Part shown: piece by piece, positions 1 to 7,534 of the stretch | Position numbering within the stretch: position 1 is the first letter of the stretch | Layout: every line of letters begins with the position of its first letter | Assembly: GCA_964510165.1 (NCBI GenBank) | Contig: CAZEBC010000046.1 | Coordinates: forward strand, 1-23,540 | Length of the DNA: 23,540 nt | DNA from: an uncultured bacterium | GTDB taxonomy: Bacteria > Abyssobacteria > SURF-5 | Direction: 5' to 3' | Notes under the pieces: generated by a model | The model's database searches: none | Seen by the model: the letters and a program-made list of their open reading frames with translations, nothing else | What the model was told of the DNA's origin: nothing | Made by a program: the position numbers and the translations under genes

Positions 1-168
1 TCCAATGTTATTTTAGCTGACACCGCTCAAAATGGCAAAGCGGCTTGGGAATTCTCCCCTGCTCGCCATGACCGGTTAACGGTTTTCGGTGTTTCACGAC
101 ATACTTATGGTAGCAAAGACATCCGTGTTCATCAAAGACTTCGCCGACGAGGCGATGGAGTGATAGAC

Positions 169-459
169 ATGAGAAAGATAGCGTGGGTTTTAGGCGTTTT
201 GTGGATCGTGTCGCATCAAATGGCGATCCAGAGCAATGAATTTCTGGAACGGGAGCGGACGGCCTATGAAAACATTTGGCGGACGACGTACTCGCCGCCT
301 GAGCGAACATATCAGCGAATCGAGATTGGGGAGTTGAGCGATGAGTGGTCTGTCTCGGTATCCTTGGTAGACATGTCGGGATTCGACTTCTACCCCAACG
401 AGCGAGAGCAGTCGCCGATGCTGTCATATGAGATTAGTCCCGTGTGGTATATGGAGTGA
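169..459 (+). CDS. Hypothetical small protein, probably secreted or membrane-anchored (96 aa)
   Basis: GGAG at 157-160 precedes ATG at 169. The N-terminus MRKIAWVLGVLWIVS is basic then hydrophobic, like a signal peptide. No family recognised. Confidence 0.5.
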   Translation: MRKIAWVLGVLWIVSHQMAIQSNEFLERERTAYENIWRTTYSPPERTYQRIEIGELSDEWSVSVSLVDMSGFDFYPNEREQSPMLSYEISPVWYME

Positions 460-648
460 AGTGATTCCGTGTTGGGTATTTCGTGGCGCGTGTCCCAAGA
501 ATCCGAAATCCGCAGCCCGCAATCCCTAATCGGGCCTGCCTTTCCCCCTTTCGCCTTTGTCCCTTTCCTTTTTTTCCCCTTATTTGAGGTAAGCGTGGGG
601 TACCGCGCCCGGGCGCCCAGACAAAGAGGCGAAACGATTCTGCGCGCG

Positions 649-677
649 TTGACAGGAATGCGGGCCGGAGATAGAAT
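649..677 (+). promoter_or_regulatory. Sigma70-type promoter for the amidohydrolase
   Basis: TTGACA (649-654), 17 bp spacer, TAGAAT (672-677), about 60 nt upstream of the 740 start. Confidence 0.7.
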
Positions 678-739
678 GAGACCGACTTTCAGAGAATTCG
701 TGCGCTTCGTGGAAAAATCTTTTCAGAGGTATTCGCTGA

Positions 740-1576
740 TTGAACAATCTTTTGGGGGTTCCCATCATTGATTTCCACGTCCATCTCTTTCCCGACCGGC
801 TGTTTGACGCGATCTGGCGCACGTTCCGGGAGGAATACGGCTGGCAGGTCCGGTACCCGCTTTATACGCCGCAGATAATAGAGTTTCTGCGGGCGCGCGG
901 AGTCGAGAAGATCGTGTTCTCGAATTACGCGCACAAGCCCGGCGTCGCCGAGGGGCTGAACCGATGGAATCTGGAGTTGCTCGAGCGCGAGCCTGACGTG
1001 TATTGCTTTGCGGCGGCGCACCCGGACGATCCGGCGAGTGAGGCTTTGAAGGTGCTTGAGCATCCGCGCGTAATAGGGTTCAAGTTGCAACTCCTAGTGC
1101 AGCGGTTCTATCCGGACGACGAGCGACTGTTTTCGCTGTATGAGCGGGTCGTCGAGGCGGGGAAACGCATTTTGATGCATGTGGGAACGGGGCCGGTCGG
1201 CAACGAGTTTGTTGGCGCAAAGCATTTTCGAAAGCTGATGAAGCGGTATCCGCACTTGAAGGTGAACGTGCCACACATGGGCGAGTTCGAGGTGGAGGAG
1301 TTCTGTGAGGTATTGGATGAATATCCGGGCGTGTATCTGGATACGGCGTTCGCGTTCTTCCCGCATGAAATGAACACGTGCGCAATCCACGCGGACACGT
1401 TGGTGAAGTATCAGGACCGGATCGTGTATGGGTCGGACTTTCCAAATCTGATTTTCGATTGGGAGGAGGAGATACGCGCGCTGGTGGATATGGGGCTTGG
1501 GGAGGGAGTATTGAGGAAGGTGTTTTGGGGGAATGGGTTGAAGCTGCTTAAGGAGGAACAGGACAACTTATTTTGA
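740..1576 (+). CDS. Amidohydrolase family protein (amidohydro_2-type metal-dependent TIM barrel)
   Basis: N-terminal IIDFHVH metal motif, ILMHVG, VPHMG, YLDTA and YGSDFP motifs. TTG start with GAGGT at 726-730. Confidence 0.9.
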   Translation: MNNLLGVPIIDFHVHLFPDRLFDAIWRTFREEYGWQVRYPLYTPQIIEFLRARGVEKIVFSNYAHKPGVAEGLNRWNLELLEREPDVYCFAAAHPDDPASEALKVLEHPRVIGFKLQLLVQRFYPDDERLFSLYERVVEAGKRILMHVGTGPVGNEFVGAKHFRKLMKRYPHLKVNVPHMGEFEVEEFCEVLDEYPGVYLDTAFAFFPHEMNTCAIHADTLVKYQDRIVYGSDFPNLIFDWEEEIRALVDMGLGEGVLRKVFWGNGLKLLKEEQDNLF

Positions 1577-1647
1577 ACACGGAGGCGCAGAGGGCGCTGA
1601 GAAAGACAGAAGACTACTGAGCGACGAGTGGGACTGAATCTGGGGCG

Positions 1648-1690
1648 GGAAAAGCGGGGACACGATGAAGCATCGTGTCCCCGTTTTTCC
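1648..1690. terminator. Long hairpin, probable bidirectional terminator between convergent genes
   Basis: GGAAAAGCGGGGACACGATG-AAG-CATCGTGTCCCCGTTTTTCC: 20-bp stem with one G-T pair and A/T tracts at both ends. Confidence 0.65.
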
Positions 1691-1700
1691 AAGACGAGAG

Positions 1701-1729
1701 GGAGGGGCGAATGTGAGGTTCGCCCCTCC
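1701..1729. terminator. Second hairpin downstream of the thiolase
   Basis: GGAGGGGCGAA-N7-TTCGCCCCTCC, a perfect 11-bp stem 14 nt past the thiolase stop. Confidence 0.5.
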
Positions 1730-1743
1730 ACTCAACTTTTCAG

Positions 1744-2952
1744 TTACACGCCGTATTTGCCGACGATGGCGATGCTGCACACGTTCATGAAAGGGAAGCC
1801 GCCGAGGTTGTGGGTGAGGCCGAGCTTGGGGTTCTTAAGCTGGCGCTCACCGGCGCGGCCATGCAGTTGCAGGTACATCTCGTAGATCATGCGAAGCCCT
1901 GACGCGCCGATCGGGTGGCCGAAGCATTTGAGGCCGCCGTCAATCTGGCACGGAATCTTGCCGTCGGCGTTGTAGAAGCCGTCCATCACGTCCTTGAGCG
2001 CGCCTCCGCGCGGCGAGATGTGGAGGTCTTCCATGGTGACGAACTCGGTGATGGAAAAGCAGTCGTGCACTTCCATCATGGAGATTTCCTCGCGCGGGTT
2101 CTTGACGCCGGCTTCTTCGTAAGCCTTGAGACTGGCCTTTTCGGTGGTGACGAAATGGTCGCCGTCCCATTCATTGAAGGCCATTTCCTCGCCGCTGGAG
2201 AGCGCAAGCTGGAGCGCCTTGATGGTGACGAAGTCCTTCTTGCCGAGCTTTTTGGCGATCTCGGGCGTGGTGACAATGGCGCATGCGGAGCCGTCGCTGA
2301 CGCCGCAGCAGTCGAACAGGCCAAGCGGATGCGCGATGATGGGAGCGGCGAGTATCTGTTCGACGGTGACGGGCTTTCTCAGATGCGCCTTGGGATTCTT
2401 GGCGCCGTTTGCGTGGCTCTTGGCGGAGACGTGCGCGAGCGCGAGTTTCAGGTCGTCATCGGGAACCTTATATTTTGCGGCATAGGCGCTCGCAAGCTGC
2501 GCGAACGCACCGGGGGCGGTCAGGCTGGGCCACCACAGCCAGTTGAGCGAACCCGAACTGGAGCCGCCGCCGGGCAGTCCGCCGTAGCCGGTGTCTTTCA
2601 GTTTCTCGACGCCCAGCGCGAGGCAGATGTCGTACGCGCCGGACGCGACTGCATAAGCGGCGCCGCGAATGGCCTCGGTTCCGCTGGCGCAGAAGTTTTC
2701 GACTCGAGTCACGGGTATTTTCGGGAGGCGCAGTGTTGTGGAGAGAGGCAGCGCGCTCTTTCCGACGTTGACCTCATCCATGCAAGTGGACAGCCATGCG
2801 GCCTGTATGTCCTTCTTTTCGATGCCTGCGTCCTCGAGGCATTCGTTGAACGCCTCGACCATGAGTTCCTCGGCGCCAACGTCCCATCGTTCGCCGAAGC
2901 GGGTGCAGCCCATCCCGATGATTGCGACCTTATCCTTGATTCCTGTAGCCAT
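1744..2952 (-). CDS. Thiolase family protein (SCP2/archaeal-type acetyl-CoA acetyltransferase-like)
   Basis: VAIIGMGCTRFG start, ENFCASG (nucleophile Cys88), DCCGVSDG, EVHDCF, GHPIGASG and C-terminal HNLGG, the motif set of SCP2-type thiolases. Confidence 0.92.
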   Translation of the reverse strand: MATGIKDKVAIIGMGCTRFGERWDVGAEELMVEAFNECLEDAGIEKKDIQAAWLSTCMDEVNVGKSALPLSTTLRLPKIPVTRVENFCASGTEAIRGAAYAVASGAYDICLALGVEKLKDTGYGGLPGGGSSSGSLNWLWWPSLTAPGAFAQLASAYAAKYKVPDDDLKLALAHVSAKSHANGAKNPKAHLRKPVTVEQILAAPIIAHPLGLFDCCGVSDGSACAIVTTPEIAKKLGKKDFVTIKALQLALSSGEEMAFNEWDGDHFVTTEKASLKAYEEAGVKNPREEISMMEVHDCFSITEFVTMEDLHISPRGGALKDVMDGFYNADGKIPCQIDGGLKCFGHPIGASGLRMIYEMYLQLHGRAGERQLKNPKLGLTHNLGGFPFMNVCSIAIVGKYGV

Positions 2953-2964
2953 TGGTATTTCCTC

Positions 2965-4419
2965 CTATGCCTCGGCCTGCGGAACGGCCTTCCAGAAGTA
3001 GCCGTGGAAGCCGCGCTCCTTGTCGTAATATCGTTTTCTGAATTCCATCTTGACGCGTTTGCCAACCTTTACGTCTGCCAGTTCGCAGTCGGTGAAGTCG
3101 GCGAGAATTCTGCCGCCACCCTCGAACTGGATGAGGCCATAGATGTTGGGCGGGTCTACCGAGACCGACAGCATGTCGGCGGTGAAAGTCTTGACGTGGG
3201 CGGGCGTGTCGGCAAAGGGGACCGGCTGCTGTGAGTAGACCGAGCCGCAGTCGGGGTTGACGCAGATGTCGAGGCTCGGAATCTGGCGGGTGCCGCATTT
3301 CTGGCATTCGCCGCCCATGAATCCGAGGAGGAAGTTGCGCTTGCGATAGAGCACGGTGAGGGCGGTCTGTGTGGGCGCCTCGGCACGGATGCCCATTTCG
3401 GTCTGGATCAGGTCGCGGAACTTCAGGAATTTCGGGTAGGTGTCGACTTCCTTCTTATCGGCGAGCGATCCCTTGATGCCCCTGTGGGGTGGCAGCTTCT
3501 TGATGTTGTCGGTGACCTGGAACAGGAGCGCGTCGGAGCCTTGGCCGAAGCTGGCAACGAGAATCTTGTCACCGGGGTTTGCCTCCTCGAGAGCGGAAAT
3601 CAGCATGACGAGCGGGTGCGCCACGCCGGTTTCGCCGCAGACCTCGTGCATATTATCGACAAGCTGTTCGCGGCCAACGCCCATGCTCTTCGCGATGCCC
3701 ATATGCTCGCGCTTGAAGTAGCAGGGGAACACGACTTTGGCGACATCCTTGATTGACACATTGCACTTTTTGAGCAGCCCGTTGACGACTTCGGGAATGA
3801 TCTTGGAATAGCCCTCATCGCGGACCCAGCGTTCCTCCCAGTTGTAATCGAACTTGTTTAATGAGCCCCGGTAGTGGTCGACGAAGTCGCGCGAGACCGA
3901 GTAGGAGCCGAGGTATTCGGCGATCACGTTTTCGTTTCCGAGCAGAAGCGCGGCGGCGCCGTCGCCGAACCACATCTCGTGGAAATATGCCGACTTGGTT
4001 TCGCGCTTGTCGGCGGCGACAACGAGGGCTGACTTTCGTTCGCCGCTCTTGACGGCTTCGAGCGCGTTGAGGACGCCGGAAGTTCCGATTTTCTGCGAGG
4101 CGGACATATCGGCCGTCGCGACGTTGTCACCGAGGTTGAGCGCGGTGGAGACGACGCCCGCATTCTGCCGGTCGGCAAAGGGAAGGGTTGTGGAGCACAT
4201 GTAGAGCGCGTCCACCTTTTTCCTATCCATGCCGACGAGGCAATCGCGCGCGGCGGCCACCGCCATCGTGAGAGAGTCTTCGTCCCAGTTGCACATTGAC
4301 CTTTCGCCCTGTGCGACCATCATGATCGCGGGGGCGAACCATCCCATGCTTTGAAAGATGGCCATTCGTTGCAGCCTCAGCCTTGGGATGTAACCGCCGT
4401 ATGAAGTGATCCCAATCAT
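2965..4419 (-). CDS. HMG-CoA synthase/FabH-like domain fused to DUF35 (Zn-ribbon plus OB fold)
   Basis: MIGITSYGGYIPRLR, DEDSLTMAVAAA, GDGAAALL, GETG and ASFGQGSDA match the HMGS fold. The C-terminus has CQKCG...CVNPDCG followed by an OB-fold-like region ending VKMEFRK...YFWKAVP. GGAGG RBS. Confidence 0.88.
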   Translation of the reverse strand: MIGITSYGGYIPRLRLQRMAIFQSMGWFAPAIMMVAQGERSMCNWDEDSLTMAVAAARDCLVGMDRKKVDALYMCSTTLPFADRQNAGVVSTALNLGDNVATADMSASQKIGTSGVLNALEAVKSGERKSALVVAADKRETKSAYFHEMWFGDGAAALLLGNENVIAEYLGSYSVSRDFVDHYRGSLNKFDYNWEERWVRDEGYSKIIPEVVNGLLKKCNVSIKDVAKVVFPCYFKREHMGIAKSMGVGREQLVDNMHEVCGETGVAHPLVMLISALEEANPGDKILVASFGQGSDALLFQVTDNIKKLPPHRGIKGSLADKKEVDTYPKFLKFRDLIQTEMGIRAEAPTQTALTVLYRKRNFLLGFMGGECQKCGTRQIPSLDICVNPDCGSVYSQQPVPFADTPAHVKTFTADMLSVSVDPPNIYGLIQFEGGGRILADFTDCELADVKVGKRVKMEFRKRYYDKERGFHGYFWKAVPQAEA

Positions 4420-4468
4420 GTGTGTCCTCCGTTCAGTTGCTCCGATTCCACTGGCTCGATGTGAGGCG

Positions 4469-4539
4469 CCACCCCGGGATGCGCGAAGACGCGGGGCATC
4501 CGGGTCTGTCGGTCAATGGGGGCCACAGACCGGGGGTGG
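4469..4539 (-). ncRNA. Candidate structured cis-regulatory RNA (three-way junction) in the 5' leader of the HMGS-DUF35/thiolase operon
   Basis: Three perfect helices joined by single-nucleotide linkers: 4469-4475/4533-4539, 4477-4482/4496-4501 and 4503-4509/4525-4531. Confidence 0.4.
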
Positions 4540-4563
4540 AAGGCATTCACCATTGCAGGCACT

Positions 4564-4593
4564 ACTATATTCCAAGATGACGCGGCAGGTCAA
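4564..4593 (-). promoter_or_regulatory. Putative sigma70 promoter for the HMGS-DUF35/thiolase operon
   Basis: Minus strand TTGACC (4593-4588), 18 bp spacer, TATAGT (4569-4564). Confidence 0.5.
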
Positions 4594-4646
4594 GGGGAAA
4601 AGGAGTTTAGCGCTCAGGGTTCGGGGTTTGAGGTCGTGGTTCGGGG

Positions 4647-5951
4647 CTAGCGCGGGATTTGGTAGCGGAGGCCGTGCATGCGTCCGGTGAAAAACTGGCG
4701 GTATACCTCGAGGCGGCTGAGCGGGGAGAGTTCAAAGACATCCACGTTCAGCTTTTGCGCGAAGGATGTGAGGATGTTGTCGCAGCGGCCGCATGTGTTG
4801 AGGAGATCGATTTGCAGATATCTTTGACGAAGAGGTTCGAGGGCCTCTTTGCAGGCACATTCGCCGAGGAGGATTATGGGCTCGGTCAGGTTCTCGAACT
4901 GCGCGCTTTCAAAGCCTTTGCCCATGACGATGGTGAACGGCAAATCATTGAACTTTTCGGGCGCCGATCTCTCGTTCACAAGGAGTTCCAGAATCTGTTC
5001 GGCGTGGCCGAGGCATCCTTCATAACAGGAACCTTCCTTGCCGACCACGATGCGCACACTTTCGGGGAAATGTTTGGCAAGTTCCCACGGAATCCGTTTC
5101 TTGCAGGCGGGCATTTCGCCGTCAATGGCTATGTTATTGAGGTTGGCGACTCCCAAGCCTTGTTCGGCGGCGAGCGCCACGTGCTTGACTTCATCGGGTC
5201 TATAGCCGAGTACGGAGGCGCACACTGCATCGACGGCGACTACGTCTTCGCCGCCCAGGATAATGTCCTTTTCGTGAAGCAGTTCCTGGACGAATTTTTT
5301 GGGAGCGAGCGGCCCTCTTGCCAGCACCTTGAGGGCGTCGACGATGGTGAAGTCGGGCCTGATGAACTTCAGGATGTCCACGAGCTTCTGGTGAAGCCGA
5401 TGGTTATGGTTCTTGGCTTTGTCGGGATCATAGAGCAGTCCCAACTGATTCTTGATTCCGGCAGTCATCTGGGTCTGGCAGTGGGCCTTGAGGACCGGCA
5501 TATTCAGGTAGCAATTGGCGGCGCGATTCTCAATCAGGCTTTCGTACAACACGCGGGGAAAACGGATTTGCAGCTCGCCGTCGCCCTCCCCTATCGTGGT
5601 TTTGACCGATTTCTCCTCGTCAAGGAACAGGCAGTGAAGCCTCTGTTTTCTCGCGAGGGCATCCACGCCGATCGTGGCATAACACAGCCGCGTGAAGTTG
5701 CCCTGCGAGCAGTTCTCCATGAGATAGATGTGTTTCTTGGGGTCGAGCGCCCTGATATGGTCGATGACTGCGCCGATCAATGGCAGCGATGTATGCAGAT
5801 GAGGATGAAAGTAGACGGCGTTGATCTTGATGAAGACCTTCTGACACTCGAGCAGCCGCCGTTCGACTTCGGCGAACTTGGCCAGAAGCCTGTCGACGGC
5901 GACGCCGGGTGCGCCGTTTACCTTTTCAATCGCTACCTTAGGGCCTTTCAT
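4647..5951 (-). CDS. DUF362 domain protein with a Cys-rich C-terminal putative Fe-S domain
   Basis: KVFIKIN, NMPVLKAH, TAGIKNQLG, PDFTIVDA and DVVAVDAV fit DUF362. C-terminal CYEGC, GECAC and CGRC. Confidence 0.85.
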   Translation of the reverse strand: MKGPKVAIEKVNGAPGVAVDRLLAKFAEVERRLLECQKVFIKINAVYFHPHLHTSLPLIGAVIDHIRALDPKKHIYLMENCSQGNFTRLCYATIGVDALARKQRLHCLFLDEEKSVKTTIGEGDGELQIRFPRVLYESLIENRAANCYLNMPVLKAHCQTQMTAGIKNQLGLLYDPDKAKNHNHRLHQKLVDILKFIRPDFTIVDALKVLARGPLAPKKFVQELLHEKDIILGGEDVVAVDAVCASVLGYRPDEVKHVALAAEQGLGVANLNNIAIDGEMPACKKRIPWELAKHFPESVRIVVGKEGSCYEGCLGHAEQILELLVNERSAPEKFNDLPFTIVMGKGFESAQFENLTEPIILLGECACKEALEPLRQRYLQIDLLNTCGRCDNILTSFAQKLNVDVFELSPLSRLEVYRQFFTGRMHGLRYQIPR

Positions 5952-6003
5952 TGTAGTCTCAGGTCGAAAACACTGGGGGACGGAGATTTCAACTCAACCA
6001 AAG

Positions 6004-6048
6004 CCCCTCACCCTGCCCTCTCCCAGTGGGAGGGGGTTGGGGTGAAGG
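6004..6048. repeat. boxC/REP-like palindromic repeat, copy 1
   Basis: CCCCTCACCCTGCCCTCTCCC-AGT-GGGAGGGGGTTGGGGTGAAGG folds into a long hairpin and matches the copies at 8412-8445 and 8519-8550. Confidence 0.7.
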
Positions 6049-6116
6049 TAATTCATCGCCAGGAGTATAGAATACTGTTTAGAGGTGATGTCGCTCGACC
6101 GTTCCAAAGCAAAAAG

Positions 6117-6189
<73 letters not shown>

Positions 6190-6216
6190 GCTTCAAACAG
6201 TGATTATTCGGTAATT

Positions 6217-6246
6217 ACGATACAAAATTTCCGCATGTCTTGTCAA
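6217..6246 (-). promoter_or_regulatory. Putative sigma70 promoter of tRNA-Phe
   Basis: Minus strand TTGACA (6246-6241), 18 bp spacer, TATCGT (6222-6217). Confidence 0.5.
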
Positions 6247-6253
6247 GCGTGCT

Positions 6254-6282
6254 TTGACACAACGAAGGACATTTGATAAAGT
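6254..6282 (+). promoter_or_regulatory. Sigma70 promoter of sucCD (extended -10)
   Basis: TTGACA (6254-6259), 17 bp spacer, TG-n-TAAAGT (6274-6282). Confidence 0.65.
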
Positions 6283-6361
6283 ATGCTCTTAAGCGGACCA
6301 GCATGTGACGATTTGACCGACCCTAGTCCCTTAATCACCCCAATCAGCGTGAGGGAGCGTC

Positions 6362-7534
6362 ATGAAAATTCATGAGTATCAGTCGAAAGACCTCCTCAAG
6401 AAGTTCGGCGTGGCCGTTCCGCGCGGCCGCGTGGCCGAGAGCGCGGCGGAAGCCCGAGAGATAGCCGAGGAACTGGGCGGCCCCGCCGCCGTCAAGGCGC
6501 AGATACATGCGGGCGGCCGAGGCAAGGGAGGAGGCATCAAACTGGCGAGAACGCCCGATGAGGCTGAGCGAGCAGCCGGAGAGATAATCGGGATGACCCT
6601 TGTGACTGCGCAGACGGGCCCGCAGGGTCGCCGTGTCAAACGGGTGCTCGTGGAAGAAGCCGGAAGGATCGCGCACGAGTTGTACCTGGGTGTCGTTGTC
6701 GACCGCGCCTCCGAATGCCCGGTCATCATGGCAAGCGAGGCCGGAGGCGTCGAGATTGAGGAAGTAGCGGCAAGGACGCCCGAGAAGATACTGAAGGTTT
6801 ACGTTGATCCGGCGGTGGGGTTGCAGCCGTTCCAGATACGCAAGCTGTGTTACGGGCTTAACCTTTCCAAGGAACTCAGCGGCAAGATAGGGCGAATGAT
6901 TTCGTCATTGTATCGCGCATTCGTAGAGTGCGACTGCTCGCTCGCGGAGATCAATCCGCTGGCGGTTACCGAGGAAGGCGAGGCATTTGCACTGGACGCC
7001 AAGGTCAACCTCGATGACAACGCCTTGTTTCGGCACGAAGACCTAAAAGCGCTCCGGGATATTGACGAGGAAGAGCCACTCGAGGTCGAGGCCTCCAGAC
7101 ATAGCCTCAGCTACATCAAGCTTGACGGGGCCGTCGGCTGCATGGTGAACGGGGCCGGCCTGGCGATGGCGACCATGGACATCATCAAGGTCCATGGCCA
7201 GATGCCCGCCAACTTTCTGGACGTCGGGGGGGCGGCCAGCGCGGAGCGGGTCGCCAATGCCTTCCGCATATTGACCTCGGACAAGAGAGTCAAGGCGGTG
7301 CTCATCAACATTTTTGGCGGGATAGTGAGGTGTGATCGGGTGGCGAACGGGATTGTGGAGGCGCTGAAGGAAGTCGAGGTGAAAGTGCCTATCGTGGTCC
7401 GTCTCGAAGGAACTAATTCGAAGGAAGCCACCGAGATACTTGCAGACTCCGGGCACAAGTTCACAGTTGCAAACACGTTCGATGATGCCGCCCGCAAGGC
7501 GGTTGAGGCCGTTACGGGTGGAGGCAGGCAATGA
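6362..7534 (+). CDS. sucC: Succinyl-CoA synthetase (ADP-forming) beta subunit
   Basis: [58 protein letters not shown] and RLEGTN. Confidence 0.98.
   Translation: MKIHEYQSKDLLKKFGVAVPRGRVAESAAEAREIAEELGGPAAVKAQIHAGGRGKGGGIKLARTPDEAERAAGEIIGMTLVTAQTGPQGRRVKRVLVEEAGRIAHELYLGVVVDRASECPVIMASEAGGVEIEEVAARTPEKILKVYVDPAVGLQPFQIRKLCYGLNLSKELSGKIGRMISSLYRAFVECDCSLAEINPLAVTEEGEAFALDAKVNLDDNALFRHEDLKALRDIDEEEPLEVEASRHSLSYIKLDGAVGCMVNGAGLAMATMDIIKVHGQMPANFLDVGGAASAERVANAFRILTSDKRVKAVLINIFGGIVRCDRVANGIVEALKEVEVKVPIVVRLEGTNSKEATEILADSGHKFTVANTFDDAARKAVEAVTGGGRQ

Noticed and set aside
33-50. TGGCAAAGCGGCTTGGG as a sigma-54 promoter (similar case near 20748)
   Set aside because: The GG-N10-GC spacing is not met.
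469-771. 100-aa plus-strand ORF
   Set aside because: Translates low-complexity repeat sequence and spans a clear promoter.
1915-3234. 439-aa plus-strand ORF
   Set aside because: Antisense shadow of the thiolase and HMGS-DUF35 genes, with no recognisable motifs. Typical of GC-rich codon bias.
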